In this document: one piece after another, positions 29,569 to 38,791 of the stretch
Layout of the letters: the number at the start of each line of letters is the position of its first letter
How positions within the stretch are numbered: position 1 is the stretch's first letter
Position numbers and translations under genes: made by a program
From: Candidatus Amesbacteria bacterium GW2011_GWB1_47_19
Lineage (GTDB): Bacteria > Patescibacteriota > Microgenomatia > CAZETR01 > Amesbacteraceae
DNA length: 64,000 bases
Direction: 5' to 3'
Assembly (NCBI GenBank): GCA_001002325.1
Contig: LCNZ01000007.1
Span: 26,763 to 90,762, forward strand
Notes under the pieces: model-generated
Databases searched by the model: none
Seen by the model: only the letters and a program-made list of their open reading frames with translations
What the model was told of the DNA's origin: nothing

Positions 29569-29605
29569 GCTGGTGGTTGATAGCTTTTGTATTAGTAGTT
29601 AGTAG

Positions 29606-29634
29606 TTGACGCTAGTTATTTAGTGTCCTAATCT
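29606..29634 (+). promoter_or_regulatory. Sigma70-like promoter (TTGACG-17-TAATCT) upstream of nrdR
   Basis: Hexamers with 17-nt spacing, ~40 nt upstream of the nrdR ATG. Confidence 0.35.
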
Positions 29635-29642
29635 AGTTTGTG

Positions 29643-29658
29643 CCCCTAGATATAGGGG
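29643..29658. promoter_or_regulatory. Putative NrdR box (ccCCTAgATATAGGgg)
   Basis: 16-bp element matching the NrdR-box core CwAtATaTwG, placed between the promoter and the nrdR start. Confidence 0.4.
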
Positions 29659-29671
29659 TTTGAAATTTAAT

Positions 29672-30121
29672 ATGAAGTGTCCGTTTTGTGCTGCCAGCGA
29701 TACATCGGTGCTGGAATCCAGAGTAGCGGATGACGGACAGTCACTGCGTCGTCGGCGCGAATGCGCCAACTGCCAAAAGCGCTTTACCACTTTTGAGCGG
29801 GTGGAGGGGCCGACTATTTTCGTCATTAAAAGAGACGGCAGCCGCCAGCCTTTTGACAGGGACAAAATTGTCCATGGAGTGACCAGGTCTTTTGACAAAC
29901 GACCGGTTTCCATTGACCAGGTTAACCATCTGGCTGACGAAGTGGAACGGGAAGTCAGACGCCGGGAGGTGTCGGAAATGTCCAGTAAAGTTATTGGCAA
30001 AATGGTACTAAAAAGACTAAAAAATATTGACAAAGTTGCCTGGCTGCGGTTTGCCAGTGTGTATCTGGAGTTGTCAGATGTGACGGAATTTGAAAAGTTA
30101 TTGGAAAAAGTCGCTGTCTAA
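29672..30121 (+). CDS. nrdR: Transcriptional repressor NrdR
   Basis: 'MKCPFCAASDTSVLESR...CANCQKRFTTFE' zinc ribbon followed by an ATP-cone. Confidence 0.9.
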   Translation: MKCPFCAASDTSVLESRVADDGQSLRRRRECANCQKRFTTFERVEGPTIFVIKRDGSRQPFDRDKIVHGVTRSFDKRPVSIDQVNHLADEVEREVRRREVSEMSSKVIGKMVLKRLKNIDKVAWLRFASVYLELSDVTEFEKLLEKVAV

Positions 30122-30122
30122 T

Positions 30123-32468
30123 ATGCCCAAACTACAATTGCAGGAGGTAAAAAGAGGGAGAGGCCGGCCGCGAATAAAAACCAACGGCCATCTGCACCGG
30201 GGATTGGTATTACCGGAAAAGATCGTGAAACGGGACGGCAGGGTGATGGATTTTGATCCGGGAAAGATTGAGCTGGCAATAGGGAAATGCTTTAACAGCT
30301 TTGGCAAGCAGCCACAATTGGGGCTGGCGGAACTGACAACATTGGTGATGAATGCCATAGCGGCCAAATACAAACAACCTACCGTGGAGCAGGTCCAGGA
30401 TGTGGTGGAAATTGTATTGCAGGCGACGGGAGAATTTGAGGCGGCCAAGCAGTATATTTTATACAGGGCGGAACATGCCAAATTAAGGGAATCCAGACCG
30501 GTCCCGGATGAAGTGCGGGAGTCATTTCTGCAGTCTGATAAATATTTCCCTTCCCAGCTGCAAAAGTTCCAGTTTTTTGATAAGTATTCACGGTTTAACT
30601 ACGCATTGGGGAGAAGGGAAACCTGGGTGGAAACGGTGGACAGGGCGATGGGATTTTTGAAAGAATTGGCAAAGGACAAGCTGCCGGGGGAAGTTTATGA
30701 AAGAATAAAGAAAGGGGTGTTGGAGATGAAGGCGACACCTTCAATGCGGCTACTGGCCATGGCGGGACCGGCGGCCAGAAGAAACAATATCGCTATATAT
30801 AACTGTTCTTATCTGCCGATAGACAGCGTCGACGCTTTTGTCGAACCGATGATCATCTCCATGAACGGATGCGGGGTCGGTTTTTCGGTGGAAGGCAAGT
30901 ATGTGGAAAATTTACCCAGAGTCAAACGGCAGACAGGAAGCCTGCCGCTGACTTTTGTCATACCGGATACGACTGAGGGGTGGGCGGAGTCGCTGAGATT
31001 GGGATTGTCGCTGTGGTTTGAGGGAGGGGATATCCAGTTTGATTACTCGCAATTAAGGCCGGCAGGGGCAATTCTGAGAATCAAGGGCGGGAGGGCGTCC
31101 GGGCCGGAACCACTGCGGCACATGCTGGATTTTGTGAGGGCTAAAGTACTGGCCAGGCAGGGCAGTTTTTTGCGGTCGATTGACGCTCATGATATTGTCT
31201 GCGAAGTGGGCAACGCGGCAGTATCCGGGGGCATGAGGCGGACGGCGATGATCTCGCTTTTTGACTGGGACGATGAAGAAATGCGCAATTGTAAAAACGG
31301 GGACTTTGAGAAGGAAAATTCACAGCGCTGGAATGCGAATAATTCAATGGTGTGGCCGGACCGGGGAACTACCCAATCGGAACTGGTGGCTCAAATGCTG
31401 GAAATGGTTAACGGCGGCAGGGGGGAGCCGGGAATATTTAACCGTCAGGCAGCAAACAGTATGCGGCCGGCGAGACGGGCGGCGGCGGAGTTCGGTTCAA
31501 ATCCGTGCGGGGAAATACTGTTGAGACCGTATGAGTTTTGTAATTTATCAATAGCTATTGCTAGAAAGGAAGATACTTATGAAAGCCTGAAGGATAAAGT
31601 GGAAATGGCAGCCATTATGGGGACAATCCAATCACTGGCAACACATTTCCCGGGGCTGCGGCCGATCTGGAAGCGGAATTGTGAAGAGGAAAGGTTGTTG
31701 GGAGTGGATATCACCGGTCAGATGGACAGTCCGGCGGCGCAGGACGCGGCGGTGCAGAACCGGCTGAGGCAGGTGGCAGTGGAGACAAACCGGAAAATTG
31801 CGGGGATGCTGGGGATAAACGAGGCGGCGGCGGTGACTTGTGTCAAACCGTCCGGAAATTCGTCACAACTGTTTGACTGCGCGTCGGGACTGCATGCCCG
31901 GTGGTCGCGGTATTATGTACGTAATGTCCGGGTGGGAGCTCATACTCCTATATTCCGGGTAATGAAAGATACCGGGGTGCCAATGGATCCGGAAAACGGC
32001 CAAACCGCGGATAACGCCAATACTTGGGTGGCACATTTTCCGGTGAAATCACCGGACAAGGCCGTGGTCCGCAGCCAGCGGACGGCGATACAACAATGCG
32101 AATACTGGCTGCAGAATAAAACTTACTGGACGGAACACAATCCCAGCGTGACCATAACTTACCATCCGCAGGAAGTGATTGAGCTGATCAAGTGGGTGTG
32201 GGAGCATAAAGACCTGATCGGAGGTATGTCGTTTTTACCTGCGTTTGATGCCCAATATGCCCAAATGCCTTTCCAGGAAATAACCCGGGAGGAGTTTGAA
32301 GAACTGGCGGCGAAATTTCCCAATATAGATTTTTCCAAACTCTACCGGTACGAGGAGGAGGACTATACCAAAGCTGCGCAGGAATTGGCGTGTGTGGCAG
32401 GTTCGTGTGAAATTGAGATAGTGCCGACGGGGGTAGGGACGAAGGTGGAAGTAAAGGGAGTAAGTTAA
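30123..32468 (+). CDS. nrdJ: Ribonucleotide reductase class II (adenosylcobalamin-dependent), with N-terminal ATP-cone
   Basis: ATP-cone 'VVKRDGRVMDFDPGKIELAI'; ~780 aa; 'NPCGEI' active-site region; no radical-SAM or class I motifs. Confidence 0.8.
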   Translation: MPKLQLQEVKRGRGRPRIKTNGHLHRGLVLPEKIVKRDGRVMDFDPGKIELAIGKCFNSFGKQPQLGLAELTTLVMNAIAAKYKQPTVEQVQDVVEIVLQATGEFEAAKQYILYRAEHAKLRESRPVPDEVRESFLQSDKYFPSQLQKFQFFDKYSRFNYALGRRETWVETVDRAMGFLKELAKDKLPGEVYERIKKGVLEMKATPSMRLLAMAGPAARRNNIAIYNCSYLPIDSVDAFVEPMIISMNGCGVGFSVEGKYVENLPRVKRQTGSLPLTFVIPDTTEGWAESLRLGLSLWFEGGDIQFDYSQLRPAGAILRIKGGRASGPEPLRHMLDFVRAKVLARQGSFLRSIDAHDIVCEVGNAAVSGGMRRTAMISLFDWDDEEMRNCKNGDFEKENSQRWNANNSMVWPDRGTTQSELVAQMLEMVNGGRGEPGIFNRQAANSMRPARRAAAEFGSNPCGEILLRPYEFCNLSIAIARKEDTYESLKDKVEMAAIMGTIQSLATHFPGLRPIWKRNCEEERLLGVDITGQMDSPAAQDAAVQNRLRQVAVETNRKIAGMLGINEAAAVTCVKPSGNSSQLFDCASGLHARWSRYYVRNVRVGAHTPIFRVMKDTGVPMDPENGQTADNANTWVAHFPVKSPDKAVVRSQRTAIQQCEYWLQNKTYWTEHNPSVTITYHPQEVIELIKWVWEHKDLIGGMSFLPAFDAQYAQMPFQEITREEFEELAAKFPNIDFSKLYRYEEEDYTKAAQELACVAGSCEIEIVPTGVGTKVEVKGVS

Positions 32469-32470
32469 GG

Positions 32471-32689
32471 ATGATTAATAAGGGGAAATACCGGCATGCG
32501 AAATCGGGTAAATTGTACCAGGTACTGGGAGTGGGTAAGGACAGCGAAACATTGAAAGACGTGGTGGTTTATGAGCCGCTTTACGAATCTAAGGTGAGAT
32601 TTTGGGTTCGTCCGGTGGAAATGTGGGAGGAGGAGGTGGAGATTGGAGGAGAGAAGAAAAAGAGATTTGAGAAGATACCAGACACTTGA
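32471..32689 (+). CDS. DUF1653 domain protein
   Basis: 'YRHAKSGKLYQVLGVGKDSETLKDVVVYEPLY...FWVRPVEMW' matches the DUF1653 pattern. Confidence 0.6.
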   Translation: MINKGKYRHAKSGKLYQVLGVGKDSETLKDVVVYEPLYESKVRFWVRPVEMWEEEVEIGGEKKKRFEKIPDT

Positions 32690-32699
32690 TATAAAGTAA

Positions 32700-33215
32700 T
32701 TAGAGAAGGGGGGAGGTGGATTTGGTGCGGAGGTAGGTGATAGTGTCGGTGAGGATACCGGCTCCCAAAAATTCCGAAGATGCCAGTTCCGAGTGAGAAA
32801 GGTAATTTGTAAAAGCCTGTTGATAACCTTCGTCAGGAAAGGGATAAAGTTGATGTTTGGCCGGTTCTATCCAGATGTATTCCGTACCGGGAATTCCCGG
32901 TGTCAGCTGGCCCTGAGCCAGACAAAGGTAAATAATGCGCACCACCTGGACGGAGCGGTCAACCCAATCCAGAAAAGTAGTGACATTGAGAGGTGCGGAT
33001 ACGGTGGTGATGGTCAATCCGGTTTGGGCCATGATTCTTTCACTAAGACTGCCTCTTAAACCTTCCTGGTGTTCGAGCCTGCCTCCCGGCAGGTCATAAA
33101 GAACAGGTGCGCTTCCGGTCTGGGGGAGACGGGTAATCAATACATGCCACTTGGAGTTGATAATAAATGCTTTTTGGACGACGGAGAAAACAGGCTGCAC
33201 AAGAATATTGTACAA
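32700..33215 (-). CDS. NUDIX-like hydrolase (degenerate Nudix box)
   Basis: 'LPGGRLEHQEGLRGSLSERIMAQTGL' approximates GX5EX7REUXEEXGU. Confidence 0.45.
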   Translation of the reverse strand: MYNILVQPVFSVVQKAFIINSKWHVLITRLPQTGSAPVLYDLPGGRLEHQEGLRGSLSERIMAQTGLTITTVSAPLNVTTFLDWVDRSVQVVRIIYLCLAQGQLTPGIPGTEYIWIEPAKHQLYPFPDEGYQQAFTNYLSHSELASSEFLGAGILTDTITYLRTKSTSPLL

Positions 33216-33249
33216 CGAATATGTTTTTGGAGGGAGTTATAATTTGGCC

Positions 33250-33780
33250 ATGGGCAAGATTTATACAAAAAAGGGAGATAAGGGCAGGACAAAAACTTTC
33301 AGAGGGGAAATGGGTAAAAGCGATGCTTTGGCGGAGGCGTTGGGGAGCATTGATGAGGTGAACAGCTGGATAGGAGTGTGCAGACAACAAATTTTCAATT
33401 ACCAATTTTTAAAAATTGATGCTGCATTGAAGAGGATTCAGGGCAATTTATTGACTATCGGGTCGGGGCTGGCGGGGAGCAAATTGAGAATTGGGAGCGG
33501 AGAAGTGAGAAATCTGGAGAAATTAATCGATAAATTAACGGCGGATTTGCCGAAACTGACGAATTTTATTTATCCGGTAGGAGAGCTGCAGGTGGCAAGG
33601 AGTGTCGCTCGCCGATGCGAGCGACGGATCGTTAGTTATTCGTTATTCATTGATCGTGACAAAAAGAAAGTTGATAAAAAAATATTAGTGTACCTGAACA
33701 GACTATCGGATGCGTTGTTTGTTATGGCAAGGTGGGTAAATTACCAGCGGGGGATAGGAGAAGAAGTCTGGCGGGGGTGA
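33250..33780 (+). CDS. ATP:cob(I)alamin adenosyltransferase, PduO-type
   Basis: 'MGKIYTKKGDKGRT' N-terminus is characteristic of PduO/MMAB-type adenosyltransferases; ~176 aa. Confidence 0.7.
   Translation: MGKIYTKKGDKGRTKTFRGEMGKSDALAEALGSIDEVNSWIGVCRQQIFNYQFLKIDAALKRIQGNLLTIGSGLAGSKLRIGSGEVRNLEKLIDKLTADLPKLTNFIYPVGELQVARSVARRCERRIVSYSLFIDRDKKKVDKKILVYLNRLSDALFVMARWVNYQRGIGEEVWRG
33388..33420. repeat. Short AATTTTC-type repeat fragment, in frame
   Basis: acaaattttcaattaccaatttttaaaaattg. Confidence 0.4.
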
Positions 33781-33996
33781 TGATTCTTTGTGTCGACTAC
33801 CTGTTGAAGAAGATATCTGGCATGCATCAGTGAGGCAGTTGTTCGGGCTTGGATGGCCATGTTGGCCAAATAAACAGCTTGTTTTTCGGACATATCAGGT
33901 GTTGATGCCCGATGTAAATCTAGCAATTGCGCAAATCTATCGAGCTCGCTCCACGGTGTGGGCATAAAATTATTTTGATTTTGGTATGATGACAAT

Positions 33997-34530
33997 ATGA
34001 CGGATACACCAGTTCAGAGTCAAGGGCAAAAAGCATTACAAGATCTGGAGGAATTGACAAAAGACCCGGTGCCGGGACTGGTAGAGGATGTGGAAGAATT
34101 TGAGGAGAAACAGGAAGACTGGCAGGCAATGTACAGTGCCGGGGGTAAATTTAAAGAGCAATTGGAGGAGATAAGTAAGAGTGTAAGAGTGGAAGAGCGG
34201 GAGAGTGTAAGTGCGAGTAAAGAGAAAAAGGTGACCGGACTGGAGGAGATACAAGTCAGTCCGGAGGTGGAAAAAAAGCCTGAATTGGCGGGATATATTG
34301 AGGAAATTGAAAAAGATGCGGAGCTGACCGGGCCGGTTATGGATGACTACACCCAACAGATACTGATGACTTCACCGGCACCGGCCAACCCGACAGTAAC
34401 TCTACCCCTGACGGAGGAGCAATTGAAGGCGGGGTTAACGCGGCAGGTGTGGGACAGCATCAGGTGGTTGGCAGAATGGTGTGTGAGGCAGATAAAAATG
34501 CTGCCCGGCAAAGTAAGATACCGTGGGTAG
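33997..34530 (+). CDS. Acidic hypothetical protein (contains in-frame AGTGTAAGAGT repeat)
   Basis: 177 aa, glutamate-rich; repeat at 34174..34224 encodes SKSVRVEERESVSASKEKK. Confidence 0.4.
   Translation: MTDTPVQSQGQKALQDLEELTKDPVPGLVEDVEEFEEKQEDWQAMYSAGGKFKEQLEEISKSVRVEERESVSASKEKKVTGLEEIQVSPEVEKKPELAGYIEEIEKDAELTGPVMDDYTQQILMTSPAPANPTVTLPLTEEQLKAGLTRQVWDSIRWLAEWCVRQIKMLPGKVRYRG
34174..34224. repeat. AGTGTAAGAGT-family repeat, in frame
   Basis: agtaagagtgtaagagtggaagagcgggagagtgtaagtgcgagtaaagag. Confidence 0.55.
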
Positions 34531-34550
34531 AGGTCTGATATGATGAGAGT

Positions 34551-36899
34551 ATGTTACCGGTGAATCTGACGGGGTTGTTGGTCCAGTTGGGAATTTTGGC
34601 GGCGGTGCTGGGAGCACTTGTTGTGCTGGGGATTTTCGGCGGATATGTGGGGATTGCTTTGTATCGGCACAAAGACCGGGAGGAAAAAAGCCTGCAAATG
34701 GTGGTGCTGCAAGTAGCTGTTCCCCGGGACAATGAAATCAAGATTGATGCCATGGAGCAGATATTTTCGAGCTTGTATTCGATCAAGAAAGGAAAGATGG
34801 GATGGTTCGGACTGCTGACATTTTTGCAGGTTCAGCCGCATATTAGCTTTGAGATAGTAGCGCGCAGGGAAGACATAAAATTTTATATCTCGGTGCCGGA
34901 TAAAATGCGGGATCTGGTGGAAAAACAAATCCACGGCGGTTATCCGGGGGCGGAGATAAAAATAGTGGAAGAGCCGACCATTTTTACCGATGAAGGACGG
35001 GTGGAATATGCCTGGATGGTGCTGCGTAATTCGGCGCATTATCCGATGAAAATATTTAAAGACCTGGCGACAGATCCGATGGCCTCCTTAACTTCGGCGA
35101 TGGCGAAAATGGGGGAAGGGGAGGGAGCGCATATCCAGATTCTGATATTTCCGGCCGAAAACAAATGGAAAGGCAAAGGCCGAGCATGGATCGGCAAGAC
35201 CAAGAAGAACGAGGCCAATCCGGAGAAAGCGTCGTACAAGGTTGATCCCAAAGTAATGGAGGCAGTGGACAATAAGATCAGCAAGGCCGGATTTATGACC
35301 ACCATCCGACTGGTAGTGACATCTGCGGATGCGGGGTCGGCTAAGGCACACATGGCAAATCTGAGAGCGGCTTTTGAACAATTTTCCGGAGACCTGAACG
35401 GATTTAAAAGTAAAAAAATAAGAATGAAAGGTAATTTTATGACGGACTTTATTTACCGTTATCAACCAATGGTGTGGTGGGGCAACTGGACGGTTTTAAA
35501 CAGTGAAGAACTGGCGACGATATATCATTTTCCCAACAAAACAATTGAAACCCCGCATATCCATTGGTTGAATGCCAAACGGGCACCGGCACCGCAGCAG
35601 ATTGCGTCTGAAGGCCTGTATATCGGTAAAAGCGTATTTCGGGGAATTACCCGGCCGGTATTTATTACCGATGAAGACCGGGAAAGGCATATGTATATAG
35701 TAGGCCGAACAGGGACGGGAAAAACGGAGTTTTTGAAGACCATGATTTTGCAGGATATCCAGGCGGGAAGGGGTGTGGCAGTTATTGATCCGCATGATCT
35801 GGCTGAGGATCTTTTAGGGTATATTCCACCGGAAAGGGCGGAGGACGTGATCTTTTTTGAACCATCGGATGAACAGTGGCCGATGGGGTTGAACCTGCTG
35901 GAGACACGCAACGAACAGGAAAGGCATATGGCAACCAACGCGGTAATAGGGATGATGTACAAACTGTATGATCCGCATAAAACCGGAATCATTGGACCGA
36001 GATTTGAACACGCTATCAGGAACGCAATGCTGACAGTGATGGATGCTATTCCCGGCGGGACATTTATCGAAGTGGTGCAGACACTGCAGCGGCCGGAATT
36101 CGTACAGGAAATGCTGCCGAGGGTGAAGGACCCGTTGGTGAGGAGGTATTGGACCGACCAGATAGCCCAAACGTCGGAATTTCATAAATCCGAAGTGCTG
36201 GATTATATCGTGTCCAAATTCGGCCGGTTCGTAACCAATAAAACTATCAGAAATATAATCGGACAGTCGGTGTCGGCGTTTGATTTCCGGAAAGTGATGG
36301 ATGAAGGGAGGATTCTGATCGTCAACCTGTCCAAAGGAAAACTGGGGGAGGAGAACAGCAACTTTCTGGGACTGGTGCTGGTGCCCCGGCTGCTGGCGGC
36401 AGCGATGAGCCGGGCGGATATGCCGGAGGCTTCCAGGCGGCCGTTTTATCTGTATGTGGATGAGTTCCAGAACTTTGCCACGCCGGATTTTGCCACCATT
36501 TTGTCCGAGGCCAGGAAATATAAACTGAATCTGACGGTGGCCAACCAATTTACTTCACAAATGGAGGATGAGGTAAAAAATGCGGTATTCGGCAACGTGG
36601 GAACTTTGATTTCGTTCCGGGTGGGGGTGGGAGACGCCAATTACCTGCAGCATGAATACAGCCCGACGTTTAACGAGGCGGATCTGTTAAATATCGAGAG
36701 ATACAATGTATTTATTAAAACGGTGGTGCATAACGAACCGGTACCGCCGTTTACTATGGATGTGACCAAGGATATTGATAAGGAAAGGAAGATGCGCAAT
36801 TCTCAACTGGCGGAGGCGATTAAAGAGTTGTCCCGGCTGAAATACGGGCGGGATGTGAGAATTGTAGAGGCGGAGATAGGAACCAGGTCGAAATTGTAA
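34551..36899 (+). CDS. VirD4/TraG/TraD-like type IV coupling ATPase (T4SS DNA-binding domain protein)
   Basis: N-terminal TM helix; Walker A 'GRTGTGKTEF'; 'LYVDEFQNFATPDFATILSEARKYKLNLTVANQ' matches the TraG/TraD C-terminal region. Confidence 0.6.
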   Translation: MLPVNLTGLLVQLGILAAVLGALVVLGIFGGYVGIALYRHKDREEKSLQMVVLQVAVPRDNEIKIDAMEQIFSSLYSIKKGKMGWFGLLTFLQVQPHISFEIVARREDIKFYISVPDKMRDLVEKQIHGGYPGAEIKIVEEPTIFTDEGRVEYAWMVLRNSAHYPMKIFKDLATDPMASLTSAMAKMGEGEGAHIQILIFPAENKWKGKGRAWIGKTKKNEANPEKASYKVDPKVMEAVDNKISKAGFMTTIRLVVTSADAGSAKAHMANLRAAFEQFSGDLNGFKSKKIRMKGNFMTDFIYRYQPMVWWGNWTVLNSEELATIYHFPNKTIETPHIHWLNAKRAPAPQQIASEGLYIGKSVFRGITRPVFITDEDRERHMYIVGRTGTGKTEFLKTMILQDIQAGRGVAVIDPHDLAEDLLGYIPPERAEDVIFFEPSDEQWPMGLNLLETRNEQERHMATNAVIGMMYKLYDPHKTGIIGPRFEHAIRNAMLTVMDAIPGGTFIEVVQTLQRPEFVQEMLPRVKDPLVRRYWTDQIAQTSEFHKSEVLDYIVSKFGRFVTNKTIRNIIGQSVSAFDFRKVMDEGRILIVNLSKGKLGEENSNFLGLVLVPRLLAAAMSRADMPEASRRPFYLYVDEFQNFATPDFATILSEARKYKLNLTVANQFTSQMEDEVKNAVFGNVGTLISFRVGVGDANYLQHEYSPTFNEADLLNIERYNVFIKTVVHNEPVPPFTMDVTKDIDKERKMRNSQLAEAIKELSRLKYGRDVRIVEAEIGTRSKL

Positions 36900-36944
36900 T
36901 GTAGCTGGAGAGGGGGTAAGGATAAGTAGTAAAATGCGGGGAAC

Positions 36945-37016
36945 GGATCCGTAGCTCAACGGTAGAGCGGCTGTCTTATACACAGTATGTTGGAGGTTCG
37001 AATCCTCCCGGATCCA
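36945..37016 (+). tRNA. tRNA with anticodon TAT (reads AUA; tRNA-Ile(UAU)-like)
   Basis: Cloverleaf folded by hand: acceptor GGATCCG/CGGATCC, D-arm GCTC-AACGGTA-GAGC, anticodon stem GCTGT/ACAGT with loop CTTATAC, T-arm GGAGG-TTCGAAT-CCTCC. CCA is not encoded. Confidence 0.7.
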
Positions 37017-37144
37017 CAGATGCCGGGAGGCAACATTTGTTGTGCCCGGACCGCTTCAGGATGTTGTAGGTCAATCTTGGCCACAGAAGTTTACATCGGT
37101 TGTAAAATGGGCGGATGGCAGGCGGCAAGTTAGAACGATTAATA

Positions 37145-37405
37145 ATGAATTTGGGGGAAGAGTGTGTGAAGAGAAGTTTAAAATCCAGAGGGCTGGCCGT
37201 AGTAAAAGATGGAAAATGGACGCTGACCGACGACGGCAAATTGACTTTTTATCGGGAGCTGATAGAAGAAGAGGCGTCAAGAAGGAAAGTAGAAGTGACC
37301 GAAATTCCGGACTGGATAGCAGATATATTGGCCAGAAAAGCCGGATTTCAAAATGAACAAGAGGTGGCGAATCTGGTTGCAAGAAAATTGAGAGGGGAGA
37401 AGTGA
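37145..37405 (+). CDS. Small hypothetical protein
   Basis: 86 aa ORF from ATG 37145 (MNLGEECVKRSLK...); no recognisable motif. Confidence 0.25.
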   Translation: MNLGEECVKRSLKSRGLAVVKDGKWTLTDDGKLTFYRELIEEEASRRKVEVTEIPDWIADILARKAGFQNEQEVANLVARKLRGEK

Positions 37406-37418
37406 CAGATGCACCGGC

Positions 37419-38294
37419 TTACAGTTCTAGGAGGCGGGTGGTGGATTCGGTGACGTCGACGGTAATGTGGTCCAGATATTTCTGAGTGGAAGAGAGGCGG
37501 CGATGGCCGACGTGTTTGTGGACTATTTCCGGCTCCACGCCGTGCTTCAACTGGTGGGCGATAAAAGTGTGACGCAGATCATTGATTTTGGCATCTTTGA
37601 CACCGGCTTTGTGGAAATAGCGGCCAATGGCGGTGCGGATGTTTCTGACTAACAGCGGGCGTCCGGTTTTGGTAACAAACAGGTGGGGGTCGACGACTTT
37701 GGGGCGGATGGCCAGGTAATTGGTAACGGCTGAAATAGCCGGGCGGTTGAGAAAAATGTCCCGGGCGGGATTGTTTTCCAGAGACTGGATGTGGACTTCG
37801 GCCTTTTTGAGATCATCCACCCGGAGACTGGCCAGCTCCGATATGCGCATACCCGTTTGGAGGAGCAGCTCAATAATGGTGGAGATACGGATATCCAGAC
37901 GGGCGGCGTCGCGGAGGTTTCTGACTTCGGCGGGGGAAAGGAAGCGCGGAGGTTTGGTGTCGTACTTGGGGTGGATCAGGGGATGGGCGGGATTTTCGGT
38001 GACAATATCCTGATTCTGGAGGAATTTAAAAAAGGTTTTCAGAGAATTGATCTTGCGGCTGACGCTCTTTGGAGTGTAGTTTTTTGAGGCCAGATCCTGA
38101 ATGTAGCCTTCCAGATGTTCGGTACGCACGGTCGTAGCCTGGGTAATGCGATGGCTGTCCAGGTGTTTTCGGAGCTGCTGCAGGTCGCTGCCGTAAGCGG
38201 TGGTGGTAGCCGAGGATCGTTTTTGAGTTCGGAGGTGGGCCAGGAACTTCTCCAGGGCAGTCGTAAAACTTACCGGCTGGGGTAAATCTGTCAT
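37419..38294 (-). CDS. Tyrosine site-specific recombinase (XerC/XerD-like integrase)
   Basis: C-terminal catalytic 'RHTFIAHQLKHG...HVGHRRLSSTQKYLDH' (R..HxxR..Y) and an N-terminal SAM-like domain. Confidence 0.8.
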   Translation of the reverse strand: MTDLPQPVSFTTALEKFLAHLRTQKRSSATTTAYGSDLQQLRKHLDSHRITQATTVRTEHLEGYIQDLASKNYTPKSVSRKINSLKTFFKFLQNQDIVTENPAHPLIHPKYDTKPPRFLSPAEVRNLRDAARLDIRISTIIELLLQTGMRISELASLRVDDLKKAEVHIQSLENNPARDIFLNRPAISAVTNYLAIRPKVVDPHLFVTKTGRPLLVRNIRTAIGRYFHKAGVKDAKINDLRHTFIAHQLKHGVEPEIVHKHVGHRRLSSTQKYLDHITVDVTESTTRLLEL

Positions 38295-38378
38295 ATCTTA
38301 AGTCCCATAGTATGAGACTACAGGTCTATTTTACGCTAAATTAAGCTATTGTAAAGAGGGCTGTGGTAAATTAAGACT

Positions 38379-38753
38379 ATGCGTAAATCCGGGTGGAAAG
38401 GATGGATCCTGATAATTCTGGGTTCGGTGACAGCCGTGAGAACGGGGATGAATGTTTACAGACTGTGGCAGAGAGGGGGGAGAGTGGGTGAAACCAGGCA
38501 ACAGCTGGAGGCGGCGAAGGCGGAGAACCGGAGATTGCAGACGAAGCTGGAGGAGGTGCAGACTGATGAATTCGTCGAAAAGGAAGCCCGTGAGAAACTG
38601 GGGTACGGGAGGGAAGGTGAGACGGTTCTTATTTTGCCAAAACAGGATAATGCTCAGGGGCCAGTCATGCCTGCCGGCAGGCAGGTGCTCAGTACTCAGG
38701 AACCGGAAATTCCCAATTGGAGGAAGTGGTGGAAGCTGTATGTGAGGTTATAG
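38379..38753 (+). CDS. Septum formation initiator FtsB/DivIC-like
   Basis: N-terminal TM helix plus coiled coil (QQLEAAKAENRRLQTKLEEVQ) and 'EKEAREKLGY'. Confidence 0.65.
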   Translation: MRKSGWKGWILIILGSVTAVRTGMNVYRLWQRGGRVGETRQQLEAAKAENRRLQTKLEEVQTDEFVEKEAREKLGYGREGETVLILPKQDNAQGPVMPAGRQVLSTQEPEIPNWRKWWKLYVRL

Positions 38754-38775
38754 GGACTAGGTTCTAGGTATTAGG
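38750..38775. repeat. Intergenic TAGGTTCTAGG-type motif (copy 1)
   Basis: tagggactaggttctaggtattagg directly after the ftsB stop. Confidence 0.4.
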
Positions 38776-38791
38776 CATGGGACGCTGAGCG

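Noticed and set aside
35525-36548. Minus-strand ORFs inside the VirD4-like gene
   Set aside because: Shadow ORFs opposite a 782-aa gene with Walker A and TraG C-terminal motifs.
37419-38294. Prophage or integrative-element integrase call for the tyrosine recombinase
   Set aside because: Its size (291 aa) and domain layout fit a chromosomal XerC/XerD. It sits next to the essential ftsB, and I could not identify flanking att-like direct repeats by eye. I kept the generic tyrosine recombinase call.
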